64,000 bases of DNA from a virus, in the IMG/VR virus record IMGVR_UViG_3300005264_000010, positions 1 to 64,000 of that record; one strand, 5' to 3'. A model generated the notes under the pieces. That model ran no database searches, was not told the DNA's origin, and worked only from the letters and a program-made list of their open reading frames with translations. Below are positions 21,444 through 31,765 of this stretch, piece after piece. Numbering within the stretch: the stretch's first letter is position 1; each line of letters begins with the position of its first letter. Both the position numbers and the translations under genes were made by a program.

Positions 21444-22214
21444 ATGAAGATGAGAAATGAAACAACTGAAAAAGTACTTACTAGGAAAGTTGAAAGGTTA
21501 AGTTTCAAACAGAAACTGAAAAAGAATTTTCAATATTATATTGATGTTGATAAAGCGTCAAAGAAAAATAACGATTTATCAGCATTAAAATATGAGTTAT
21601 GTAAACTAAAAGAAGACTTAAAATTAGCAAAGAGTCAATTAAATAAAATTGAAACAATAGATAATATTAGTAATGATGATTTGATTATCACTACTTATAA
21701 TCTTACTAGATCAAAAGTGAAAAGTTTATTAACTGAATATGATAATGAGAGTGGTAAGTATAAATCTTTAATTGAAATTAAGAAAAAAGAAATTACTTTT
21801 ATCGATGATCAGATTAGTTATGCTGATAATATTATATTAGATAATTTTTATTGTGATGGTAATCTAAAAGGATGTGTTGTTGCTATTAGACAAACTGATA
21901 TGGTAGTTACTTCAATAATACTTAATTCTAAAGATAATATACTGACACAACATACTGCACTATTACATGGTAAAGATAAATTTGATCTAAGAATTGCATT
22001 AGGGTTAGTAATTGAAGAGTATAGAAATAAATATATAAAGAATAGAAATTTTATTAAAATAATTTCTGAAAATTTTAGAAATATCAGTAATGTAGAAAAA
22101 AGTAGACTACTATCTAATGTTAGTGCCTATAATGGTAGTTGTAATGGTAGCTCTATTGTAAAAGATACGTATGATACATTTATGGAAAGGCTAAAACAAA
22201 AAAAGGAGAAATAA
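21444..22214 (+). CDS. Hypothetical coiled-coil protein
   Basis: 256-aa ORF. Confidence 0.55.
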   Translation: MKMRNETTEKVLTRKVERLSFKQKLKKNFQYYIDVDKASKKNNDLSALKYELCKLKEDLKLAKSQLNKIETIDNISNDDLIITTYNLTRSKVKSLLTEYDNESGKYKSLIEIKKKEITFIDDQISYADNIILDNFYCDGNLKGCVVAIRQTDMVVTSIILNSKDNILTQHTALLHGKDKFDLRIALGLVIEEYRNKYIKNRNFIKIISENFRNISNVEKSRLLSNVSAYNGSCNGSSIVKDTYDTFMERLKQKKEK

Positions 22215-22216
22215 AA

Positions 22217-22681
22217 ATGTTAGACCAAGAATTTATTGGAAAGTTAGTATCAATTTCCACAAAGCTAAAGAAAGTTAAGAATGAAGAAGATGAGAAAATG
22301 ACAATTCCATTTAAGAAAGTTACTTTAGTTTCTTCATCAATTGAATATGATGAGTTTGCTAAAACATTCCCAGAGATTTATAATGTAATTACAGTTATTG
22401 AGCCAAGCCCAATAAAAAATGCGTCATTTGGAGAGCAGAATTTAGGAAGACTTCAATTAAGTATTAAATTTTTAGAAAATGATGAAGTAGAGTTTACTAC
22501 AGGAAATGAATTTGTAAGTTTTAATGATGTAGAAATTAAACAATTAAGTATTAAGAATGATGATGGAATAATCTATTATAAGTTTGTATTAGAATTTTTA
22601 ACAAGTAATAATGACAAATATCTTGATGAATTTATTGGTGATTCAGTTGAGATTAAATTTAGTAAATTAGAAGTGGAATAA
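22217..22681 (+). CDS. Hypothetical protein
   Basis: 154-aa ORF with AAGGAG SD. Confidence 0.55.
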   Translation: MLDQEFIGKLVSISTKLKKVKNEEDEKMTIPFKKVTLVSSSIEYDEFAKTFPEIYNVITVIEPSPIKNASFGEQNLGRLQLSIKFLENDEVEFTTGNEFVSFNDVEIKQLSIKNDDGIIYYKFVLEFLTSNNDKYLDEFIGDSVEIKFSKLEVE

Positions 22682-22711
22682 TCCACAAAAACAAAACAAA
22701 GGAGAAATACT

Positions 22712-22885
22712 ATGTTACAAGAAAACATTAACACGATCAAAACAGTAATTGAGTTGCTAACTGATGAACTTGATAAAACAACTAATAATGCAAGTATGGG
22801 TAGGTGCCGTAAGCGAACGCTCGAATTAACTAAGCTTTTTAAGGATTATAGAAAGTTATCTGTTGCTGAGAGTAAGAAGAAATAA
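22712..22885 (+). CDS. Histone H1-like (Hc1 family) small DNA-binding protein, 57 aa
   Basis: Not in track. AAGGAG SD; MLQENINTIK...NNASMGRCRKRTLELTKLFKDYRKLSV matches the Hc1 N.AA..RARK..LEL.K..K.YRK.S pattern. Confidence 0.7.
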   Translation: MLQENINTIKTVIELLTDELDKTTNNASMGRCRKRTLELTKLFKDYRKLSVAESKKK

Positions 22886-23202
22886 TAATAGTAATTTTTA
22901 CTAACAAAATGAATGAACATCTATAAATAATATAGATGTTCATTTGTTATATAAAAAGTTTGTTTTACATATTATAGAAAACAACAAATTTATAGCTAAA
23001 ACAGAGGAATTATGAAATCAAGAAAACAATGTAAAAAATGCTTATATATCAATGATTGTGAGACAATAAATGAGTGGAGAGATTTAGTTAAGAAGAAAAA
23101 ACTTAAAAGAGTTATATATAATCATAGAGTAACAAGTTGGGAAACAAATAAGAAAGAACATATAAATTGTCCTGACTATAAATTTGAGGAGAAATAAAAA
23201 AT

Positions 23203-24201
23203 ATGGTGCTTTTAGATACTAGTGTGATAAAGATGACAACTATAACTTCACCACATATCAAACCAGAACTAATAAGAAATCCAGAATACTTCAAACACTA
23301 TTTCTTGCAGAGCATACTTGGGATAAAGAAGCAATTTAGTTGTAATCAAGATAATCCTTTAGTGCTTTGTATTGATAAAAAAAAGATATTTGATGTTGAT
23401 GGAGAGAAAGTATATGGATACTGGAGAAGTAAAATATATCATCAAAATTTAGATAAGTTTTCACCACACAACAAATTCTCAAAATATAAGGATGGAAGAC
23501 AGAAATCTAAAGATGATGGATTAGATTGGGAATTACTTGAAAAATATTATTGGGAATGTATAAACTTATTTAAAGACTATTCTGATATAAAGATAGTAAT
23601 GATTCCAGGTATTGAAGCAGATGATATATTAGCTATACTATCTCAAAGATTGAAGAATAAGACCACTATAGTAACAATTGATAAAGATTTAAGACAATGT
23701 ATAAGTAATAAAACACAATTTTATAATTGGAGAAATAGGAAATATGAAACTCAATCACCAACTGATCATGAGAATTTACTATTTTATTTGAAAGGGGATA
23801 GTGGAGATGGTATTTGTTCTGTTAAAAATAGATATAGATGGAAGTCTAATTTAGAAAAGAAATCACTACAAGAAATATTTAAAGAATTTCCTGATGAAAA
23901 CTTAGAAGAAAGATTGTCTATAAATAAAAAGTTAATGGATTTATCTACTAAGAATATTCCTAAGTCAATTCAAAAAGCTATAATTAATGAGTATAAAAAG
24001 GAACAGGGAAAATATAATCAATTGAAACTACAAATAACTTTAAAGAAAATGGGAGTTGGTTCAATGACATCTGGTGTTGCTTCAATAATAGATAGATCAG
24101 ATGAATTTAAGTTAGCTAAATATTCTGTTGATTCATATACTACCAAAAAAAATAATAGAGATATGCAAAAAACAACTTCTATTAGAAATAAGTTTTTATA
24201 A
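23203..24201 (+). CDS. rnh: T4 RNase H-like 5'-3' exonuclease (FEN family)
   Basis: YWR, YKDGR, IEADDILA, TIDKDL.Q, KGDSGDGI. Confidence 0.9.
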   Translation: MVLLDTSVIKMTTITSPHIKPELIRNPEYFKHYFLQSILGIKKQFSCNQDNPLVLCIDKKKIFDVDGEKVYGYWRSKIYHQNLDKFSPHNKFSKYKDGRQKSKDDGLDWELLEKYYWECINLFKDYSDIKIVMIPGIEADDILAILSQRLKNKTTIVTIDKDLRQCISNKTQFYNWRNRKYETQSPTDHENLLFYLKGDSGDGICSVKNRYRWKSNLEKKSLQEIFKEFPDENLEERLSINKKLMDLSTKNIPKSIQKAIINEYKKEQGKYNQLKLQITLKKMGVGSMTSGVASIIDRSDEFKLAKYSVDSYTTKKNNRDMQKTTSIRNKFL

Positions 24202-24394
24202 TGAGTTTATAAATATAAATAAATAATATAAAGGAAAAGTGTAATGAATAATGAACCAAAGAATATTTTAAATGGATCTGTATTTGACAAGCTATATAAG
24301 AAACCAGATACAAATCCTAAGAAAAAGAAGAAAAGAAAAATAACTACTATAGGTAGTCATAGGAAATGGAAATTTAATTATTAAAAAAAGGAAG

Positions 24395-24805
24395 GTGATT
24401 ATGAAAAGATTCAAATTTTTAGGTGTTTGGATGAGAAGTAATACGTTAAGTACTAAAGGAAGTACTTATACATTCAAGCCAGAGCAAATTTATGATGAGA
24501 ATGATATGATAAATTTGTTTGTAGAGTTACATCCTAATAGATGGGAAGAAGTTAGTAATGAAGTTGTTGAAGATGTAGTTTTTATTGATGAAAAAGCAAA
24601 AGAAGATTTTACTGAGGCATTAGAAGATGAAAAATTAGATAGCGATATTGTAGCATTTAATAATTTCATTGAGACTGATGGAGATGTAGAAGGATATTTA
24701 AATGATGGGGTTCATTGGACAAAAATTAAACAAATCGCTGAATATTTAGATATTGAGTGGACAAAAAAGGATGAAACAATTAGAGCAATAGTTGATTCAT
24801 TATAA
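24395..24805 (+). CDS. Hypothetical late protein
   Basis: Downstream of TATAAATA at 24208; followed by a terminator at about 24838-24870. Confidence 0.55.
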   Translation: MIMKRFKFLGVWMRSNTLSTKGSTYTFKPEQIYDENDMINLFVELHPNRWEEVSNEVVEDVVFIDEKAKEDFTEALEDEKLDSDIVAFNNFIETDGDVEGYLNDGVHWTKIKQIAEYLDIEWTKKDETIRAIVDSL

Positions 24806-25100
24806 ATTAAAATAGCTTTAATTATAGTTTGTATTATAAAGAGTTAGGTGTGATTCCCTAACTCTTTTTTATTTATATAAACTTTTTTCTTGACATTATT
24901 AAATTTTATACTTATATTACTATTGTTAATTTAAAGGAGAAATAAATTATGAATGAAAATATTATTAAGTATGAATTGAAAAGTTATAGAATAGCTACTG
25001 TTGTTGGCGGTTTAATAGAACAGCCAGAAATACGATATGAAGATTATGATACTATAGAAGCCACAAATGAGAAAGAAGCACTAGAAATATATAATAAAAA

Positions 25101-25517
25101 ATGGAAATGCAATTATTTTTATGGGAAAATTTTAAAATGAAAGAAGAAACTATTATAACAGCAGATTATTTAAGAGCTAATCCAAATCATATATTTGTGT
25201 TTGGTGATAATCTATTAAGATATGGTACTGGTGGTGCGGCAAAATTAAGACATCATAAAAATACTTATGGTTTTATTACTAAGAAAGCGCCAACATATAG
25301 AGATGAGGACTTCTATACACCAGAAGAATATCTACCAGTGTTTAAAAAAGAGTATGATAAACTATGTGATGAAATAGAAGCTAATCCAGATAAGCTATAT
25401 TTAATTTCAAGGATTGGCGGTAGGATTGCTAATAAACATCTAATTTTTGAGTGTATAATAGAGCCATATATCTTTGATTTAGAAGATAGATATGATAATA
25501 TTAAAATGTTATTTTAA
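25101..25517 (+). CDS. Conserved phage protein, possibly macrodomain-like fold
   Basis: IFVFGDNL...G.GGAA motif; directly upstream of the NAD genes; likely start at 25137. Confidence 0.45.
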   Translation: MEMQLFLWENFKMKEETIITADYLRANPNHIFVFGDNLLRYGTGGAAKLRHHKNTYGFITKKAPTYRDEDFYTPEEYLPVFKKEYDKLCDEIEANPDKLYLISRIGGRIANKHLIFECIIEPYIFDLEDRYDNIKMLF

Positions 25518-25531
25518 AAGGAGAAATAAAA

Positions 25532-26362
25532 ATGAAGTATATTTACTTAGACCAAGTCAACTCACACATTTTCAGTGGTGGGGAAGTTCATGTTAATATT
25601 AGTAATTATCTACCATTAGAAAAAGATGAGTATAAAATAGTAGCTACTATTAAGAGTTCAAATGATTTAATGAAATTACTATTACTAAATGATGCTGTGA
25701 GGAGAGAATTAGATAGTGATTATAGAATACATTTAGATATGAATTATGTTCCTTATGCTAGACAGGATAGAGTTTGCAGTAAAGGTGATGCTTATTCATT
25801 ATCAGTATTTAGTAAAATGATTAATACTTGTAATTTTAAGACTGTTTCTGTATTAGATCCACATAGTGAAGCTGTTGAATTAAATATTGATAGATTAGAA
25901 GTATATGATAATTTTGCTCATGTTAAACATATGTTAAGAAAATATAAAATTAAAGAATTTAATTTGGTTGCACCAGACAAAGGAGCTACTAATAAAATTA
26001 ATAAATTGGCATATTTTTTAGAAGAACTTAGTGATTTTAGAGTTAACAATATTATTCAATTTGACAAAAAAAGAGATATGCAAACAGGTAAAATAATAAG
26101 TTATGATATTCGGGAACAAGATAAATTAAAACCTGATGGAATGATAAATGTAATAGTTGACGATATATGTGATGGTGGAAGAACATTTATGGAAGCAGGA
26201 GTGAAATTAAATTATTTTGGTAGTAAACAAAATATATTATTTGTGACTCATGGAATATTTTCAAAAGGAACTAAAGACTTAATAATATACTTTAATAAAA
26301 TAGCAACAACAAGTTCATTGGGTAGTGATAGAAATATTAAAAATGTAGATATATTATATTAA
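25532..26362 (+). CDS. Ribose-phosphate pyrophosphokinase-like protein (Adps-like)
   Basis: FSGGEVHV, YVPYARQDR, LDPHS, APDKGA, VDDICDGGRTF, VTHGIFS. Confidence 0.9.
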   Translation: MKYIYLDQVNSHIFSGGEVHVNISNYLPLEKDEYKIVATIKSSNDLMKLLLLNDAVRRELDSDYRIHLDMNYVPYARQDRVCSKGDAYSLSVFSKMINTCNFKTVSVLDPHSEAVELNIDRLEVYDNFAHVKHMLRKYKIKEFNLVAPDKGATNKINKLAYFLEELSDFRVNNIIQFDKKRDMQTGKIISYDIREQDKLKPDGMINVIVDDICDGGRTFMEAGVKLNYFGSKQNILFVTHGIFSKGTKDLIIYFNKIATTSSLGSDRNIKNVDILY

Positions 26363-26647
26363 ATATGGAGGAAGTATGAAAAAATATTTATTGACTTTTT
26401 TAATAAGTTTAATTATATTGTCGTGTAATCAACCAAAAGAAGTAAGAAAAGTAAGAGAATATATACTATCTATTGAAAAAGGTTATGAATTAATAAGCGT
26501 TTCTGAGAGTAAATATTTTACAAGTGTGTTGATAAGAAATATTGAAACTAAAGAATATAAGTATAATTCATATTACCTTGTTTGGGGCAAAGATGTTAGA
26601 GAAATAGAATTAAGACAAATAATAAAATTTAAAATGGAGGAAATAAA

Positions 26648-28192
26648 ATGAGACCAGAAAATAACATTATGGAGTTTATTGATTTTTACAAAGCAGATCA
26701 TAAAAACCAATATCCAAAAGGAACTAATAAGGTTTATTCAAATCTTACACCAAGAAGTAATAGGTATGGAATATCTGATAAAATGGTATTCTTTGGTTTG
26801 CAATATTTTATAATGAAGCACCTCGTTCATAATTGGAATGTTGGTTTTTTTGATAGAAATTTAGAAGATGTCCTTTCGGACTATAAAAGAAGGATGGATA
26901 CTTCACTAGGTAAAGATGCTATAGATGTAAGTCATATTAGAGAATTACATGAACTTGGATATTTACCATTAGAGATTAAAGCATTAAAAGAAGGAACAAG
27001 AGTGCCAATGAGAGTTCCTGCTTTAACAATAAGCAATACTGTCGATAAGTTTTTTTGGTTAACAAATTATCTTGAAAGTTTAATGTCTGCTGAGTTATGG
27101 GGGCCAAGTACCTCTGCTTCAACTGCATTTGAATATAGAAAAGAATTTGAAAGACATGCTAAATTAACTGGATATTCTGATTGGGATTTTACACAATTTC
27201 AAGGTCATGATTTTAGTTTTAGAGGAATGATGGGAGTAGAAGCCGCAATGATGAGTGGTGCTGGTCATTTATTATCATTTACTGGAACTGATACAGTTTC
27301 TAGTTTGAAGTGGTTAGAATATTATTATAAAGCAGATGCTGAGAAAGAGTTAATTGGCACAAGTGTTCCAGCAACTGAACATTCAATTATGTGTATGGGA
27401 ACAATTGATGGAGAAATTGATACATTTAAGAAATTGATCACTGAAACTTATCCAAGTGGTATCGTTTCAATTGTTTCAGATACTTGGGATTATTGGAAAG
27501 TTATAACAGAATTTTTACCTAAACTTAAAGATGAGATCATGAATAGGAAAGGTGGTTTTCCAATAGATAGAGTTGTTATTAGACCAGATAGTGGTAATCC
27601 TGTTGATATTATATGTGGTGATGTTGGACCTTGGAATGTTACTGATTATGAATTTAAACAAAAAAATAATAATTGGGATTGTCATCAGAGAGGAACTTAT
27701 GAAATGTTATGGGAAACTTTTGGTGGAACTATAAATGAGCAAGGATATAAAGTATTAGACTCTCATATAGGATTAATTTATGGAGATAGTATTACTTTTG
27801 AAAGACAAAAAGAAATACTTAAAAGATTAGAAGCTAAAGGTTTTAGTGCAAGTAATTTAGTGTTAGGTATAGGAAGTTATACATACCAATATGTTACAAG
27901 AGATTCTTATGGAACTGCTGTTAAAGCTACTTATGGTGAAGTTGATGGGGTTGGTAGAAATATCTTTAAAGATCCAAAAACTGATGATGGGATGAAGAAA
28001 TCAGCTAAAGGATTATTAGCTGTAATAAAACCTGAAGGTGGTACTGAATTACAACTTGAAGATGAATTATCAATAGAAGAATATCATAATGAGTTTCCTG
28101 ATAACTTATTAGAGTTAGTATGGAAAGATGGTAAATTTTATAGAGAACAAACACTACAAGAAATTAGAGATATTGTTAAAGAAGAATTTTAA
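26648..28192 (+). CDS. Nicotinamide phosphoribosyltransferase-like protein (Namat-like)
   Basis: DFYKADH..QYP, HDFSFRG, GTD, SVPATEHS, SIVSDTWD, IRPDSG, GDSI, KKSAKG. Confidence 0.95.
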   Translation: MRPENNIMEFIDFYKADHKNQYPKGTNKVYSNLTPRSNRYGISDKMVFFGLQYFIMKHLVHNWNVGFFDRNLEDVLSDYKRRMDTSLGKDAIDVSHIRELHELGYLPLEIKALKEGTRVPMRVPALTISNTVDKFFWLTNYLESLMSAELWGPSTSASTAFEYRKEFERHAKLTGYSDWDFTQFQGHDFSFRGMMGVEAAMMSGAGHLLSFTGTDTVSSLKWLEYYYKADAEKELIGTSVPATEHSIMCMGTIDGEIDTFKKLITETYPSGIVSIVSDTWDYWKVITEFLPKLKDEIMNRKGGFPIDRVVIRPDSGNPVDIICGDVGPWNVTDYEFKQKNNNWDCHQRGTYEMLWETFGGTINEQGYKVLDSHIGLIYGDSITFERQKEILKRLEAKGFSASNLVLGIGSYTYQYVTRDSYGTAVKATYGEVDGVGRNIFKDPKTDDGMKKSAKGLLAVIKPEGGTELQLEDELSIEEYHNEFPDNLLELVWKDGKFYREQTLQEIRDIVKEEF

Positions 28193-28290
28193 ACCAGCAG
28201 TATTTCAAACTAAAGGTGATTAAGAGAAATTTTAATCACCTTTTTATATTTTTATAAATATAAATAAAATATATTTATGGAGATATAAAA

Positions 28291-29040
28291 ATGAAGTTTA
28301 AATCAATTAATAATAGAGTAGAATTAACATCTTATATAAGACGTCAACTTGGTGGAGAGAGTCACGATTTAGAACTAAGTGATGATAATATTTCGGATGC
28401 AATTGATGATAGTATCGAAGTGTTTCTTGAAAAAGCTTATGATGGAAGTGATGAAGGATTTATAGAATTAGATTTAGTTGAAGGACAAACACTATATAAC
28501 ATTGGAACAATAAATAATAATATAATGGCAGTTTTAGATATATTATCATCTGGATATGGATTAAATAGTTCTAATCAAGTAGCTACCCAACAATATTTTG
28601 GTGAAGCATTTTCTGGATTATATTCAGGTAATGGTGGCGGTATGTTAGATTATGCTTTAACTCAAAATTTTATCAATTCAATGGAAGATATAATCAAAAA
28701 TGAAATATTATATAATTTTAATACAACAACTATGATGTTACAATTATATTCTAAACCTAAAACTAGTAAAAAAGTATTATTAAATGTTATTACTAGTGCT
28801 GGTGAAGATGTAACTAATTTTGATACTTTATATGGACATAGATTTATTAAGGAATATGCAGTTGCTAAGACATTTATTACTTGGGGTATTAATATTTCGA
28901 AATATTCTGGATCACTATTTGATGGAAACTTAGAGTTGAATGGTGAATTATTATTGAATGAAGGTAAAGAAAGATTAGAGAAAGCTGAAAATATGCTTCG
29001 TGAAGAATATCAAGATTCATTCGGATTAATTTATAAATAA
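28291..29040 (+). CDS. Neck protein (T4 gp13-like)
   Basis: ELTSYIRRQLGG...EL, IKEYAVA..WG.NISKYSG..DG..ELNG; late promoter at 28253. Confidence 0.85.
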   Translation: MKFKSINNRVELTSYIRRQLGGESHDLELSDDNISDAIDDSIEVFLEKAYDGSDEGFIELDLVEGQTLYNIGTINNNIMAVLDILSSGYGLNSSNQVATQQYFGEAFSGLYSGNGGGMLDYALTQNFINSMEDIIKNEILYNFNTTTMMLQLYSKPKTSKKVLLNVITSAGEDVTNFDTLYGHRFIKEYAVAKTFITWGINISKYSGSLFDGNLELNGELLLNEGKERLEKAENMLREEYQDSFGLIYK

Positions 29041-29095
29041 TTTCTCTTGACATTATTATGATTTGTTATTATATTACTATTAAAGGAGAAATAAA

Positions 29096-29677
29096 ATGAA
29101 AACTATAAGAGATTTTATAGATAAACCAATAAATGAATCGCCTGCTAATGCTCACCCAGATGTTGATATTATAGTTAATGATAATTTAACTAAAGTTATA
29201 ATAAAAGCATTTAAAAATGATAATGTTTATGAAACTAATAATCCTAATATATATAAATGTGCTGGACATAGTGTGGGATATATGATATATATGATAATTA
29301 AAGACGATAGTGTTATTGGTGCTACATCAATATTTAGTAGTAATCTTAAACATAGCTATAGAGGTAAAACTAAATATATATGTTATCCTAAAATATCTAA
29401 AAAATATAATGATAAAGAAAAAGGTATATTATTCCAATTATATAGACATATTCAATTTAATGAAAATTTATATATTATGGGAGATGGTAAGCAAACTGAT
29501 GATAGTAAACAAGTTTGGTTGCATTGGCTTACTAATGATGTTGATTATATTAAAGATTGGTTTATATATGATACTAAGACTAAAGAAGCTAAAGCATTCA
29601 CTCTTAAAAAATTACATAAATACTGGAGTAATAATCTGAATTTTAGTAGATATAGACCATTAGTAATATTTGAATAG
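29096..29677 (+). CDS. Hypothetical protein with capsid-targeting-like leader (MKTIRDF...INES), possible GNAT-like fold
   Basis: Leader motif; KGILFQLY and GD.KQTDDSKQVW motifs. Confidence 0.5.
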   Translation: MKTIRDFIDKPINESPANAHPDVDIIVNDNLTKVIIKAFKNDNVYETNNPNIYKCAGHSVGYMIYMIIKDDSVIGATSIFSSNLKHSYRGKTKYICYPKISKKYNDKEKGILFQLYRHIQFNENLYIMGDGKQTDDSKQVWLHWLTNDVDYIKDWFIYDTKTKEAKAFTLKKLHKYWSNNLNFSRYRPLVIFE

Positions 29678-29777
29678 AAAATCATAACATATAAAATTAT
29701 CGTTTAGGTCCTTATAGAAAATATAAGGACTTTTTTTATTGTATTTATAAATATAAATATATGATAATATAAGAATA

Positions 29778-29898
29778 TTCATAAGTAGTGTTTAAATGAA
29801 TTTCAATGTTAAGATACATAATTATATAGAATATAATTTAAAGTTGAAGTAAACATAGTAAATGATAGCTTAAATCAAAGGTTAATATAAATGAGTAA
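29778..29898 (+). repeat. Dispersed non-coding element, copy 2
   Basis: 29778-29852 is colinear with 46616-46690; 29860-29898 is identical to 15462-15500. Confidence 0.8.
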
Positions 29899-31729
29899 TG
29901 AAAATAACATAATGAGTAATGAAATACAAAAATTACTAAATGAAAATTCTAATAAATCTAGTATAGAAAATATTTTTAATTTACATGCTGACAGTGGTTC
30001 CGTAGATGTATCAAAAGGTTTAGTTAAAATGGAAACTACATTAGGTTCTGTTGATAAATATCTTGATAGTCTTACGAAATCACAGCTTGAACAAGTAATG
30101 AATAATAAAAAAACTAATTCATTATATATTAAATTGAGTGAAAATATGAGCAATCTCAATGATATTAAAGAAAGTGATTTTAAGAACTATTCTGATTATG
30201 AAGACGCTCTAATGAAAAGTATTAATAAATTAAATAGTGGAGTAGATGAATTATCTAATGATATGACTGCTCAACTCAGTTTTGATAAAGAGAAATTAAG
30301 TACTGCTTTACCAGTTATTGCTAAATTTACTGGGGTTGTTGGTGCTGTTGCTTTAGCTGGTTGGAAATTATATGAGTTAGGTGATGTAATTTATGATAGT
30401 TTTGATAAAAATAGTGAATGGTTGGATTCTTTAGCTAAAAGGGAAAGGGAATTTTCTAGTAATAGAGCTATTGATGAAGAATTATGGTTATCTGTCAATA
30501 AACAAAAAGCACAAAGTATAGTAACTGGGTATAAAGTAGAAAAGGACATATTAGAAAATAAGAAAATTCTATTAGATGAGAAGGCTGAATTAATAGCTAA
30601 AGAAAATGGAATTACTAAAGAAGAAGTTCTTGCGAATAAAGAAAAATATATATCATTAACTAAAATAATTACAGAAATAGATAACGTAAATGTAAGTTTA
30701 GATGGTTGGAGGAAAAAACTTAGAGATGTAGATGATGACTTACATGGTGGTGTTTTAGAAATGGCTTATATAGAAGAGAAAATATCCAAAATTGAAAGTA
30801 AGATGAAAAATAGTAAGGTTGGGTCAGATGAATATGTTGAGTTAGAATCAGAAAGAAAGAAATTACATACTAGGAAAAATGTAATAGATGTTACTAGCAA
30901 AATTGCTCAAGGAGAAGATACCAACATAGATGTGATTCAATTAGATAAGGACATTCAAGATTATATTAAACAAGAAAAATTAGTTTCTAAATTTAAGGAA
31001 GGAGAAGGTGAATCTTCTAGGAAGAAACTTAATGGAATGAGAGAACACTTTAAAAGTTTAGATTTTGATGAAGGATCAATTGAAGAAATGATAATTTCTG
31101 TTAAGAAAGCAATGTTTCCTGAAGATGTTGATATTGACTCTAAATTCAAAAAAATGCTAAGTGAAAGTAGTAATAGTATGTTCGGGCAATTTTCAACTAT
31201 ATTAGATGCAGTTGGTTCTGATGATTTGGCTGGTAATATGGTAGAAATGTCAGATAAAAGAATAGATAAATTAACAACAAAACTATTTAGCTACAAAAAA
31301 TTAGAAACAGATGCTGATAGAGATCATCAAAGTAAAATTGATAAGTATAGAAAAGATAATAATCTCCACCCAACTAGTTATGAATATACTCATTTAGAAA
31401 ATATGAACAATAAAGCAATGGGAGGTAAATTATCACGTGAACCTACGATTGTGGGTGAAAATGGTGCTGAAATAATTCAAGGTGGAAAAGTACTATCTCC
31501 ATTAAACACTCAACATAATGATAAATTAACAGATATAATTAAAAATGCAATGAGTGATATAAATGTAAATTCTAATAATGGAAGTCTTGAAGAACTAATG
31601 AAACAACAAAATACTTTATTAGGTCAAATATTACAAAAGAATCAAGGTGGAAGCATAAATAATAATACAAATGTTAATAATACTAATGTTCAAATTAAAC
31701 CTAAATCTGGAAATAGATTTGCTCAATAA
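29891..31729 (+). CDS. Tape-measure/baseplate-hub-like virion protein
   Basis: Coiled-coil body, central hydrophobic GVVGAVALAGW, C-terminal AMGG...TIVGENGAE motif; late promoter at 29746. Confidence 0.6.
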   Translation: MSNENNIMSNEIQKLLNENSNKSSIENIFNLHADSGSVDVSKGLVKMETTLGSVDKYLDSLTKSQLEQVMNNKKTNSLYIKLSENMSNLNDIKESDFKNYSDYEDALMKSINKLNSGVDELSNDMTAQLSFDKEKLSTALPVIAKFTGVVGAVALAGWKLYELGDVIYDSFDKNSEWLDSLAKREREFSSNRAIDEELWLSVNKQKAQSIVTGYKVEKDILENKKILLDEKAELIAKENGITKEEVLANKEKYISLTKIITEIDNVNVSLDGWRKKLRDVDDDLHGGVLEMAYIEEKISKIESKMKNSKVGSDEYVELESERKKLHTRKNVIDVTSKIAQGEDTNIDVIQLDKDIQDYIKQEKLVSKFKEGEGESSRKKLNGMREHFKSLDFDEGSIEEMIISVKKAMFPEDVDIDSKFKKMLSESSNSMFGQFSTILDAVGSDDLAGNMVEMSDKRIDKLTTKLFSYKKLETDADRDHQSKIDKYRKDNNLHPTSYEYTHLENMNNKAMGGKLSREPTIVGENGAEIIQGGKVLSPLNTQHNDKLTDIIKNAMSDINVNSNNGSLEELMKQQNTLLGQILQKNQGGSINNNTNVNNTNVQIKPKSGNRFAQ

Positions 31730-31765
31730 TATTTTTATAAATATAAATAAAATAGGATAATAAAA

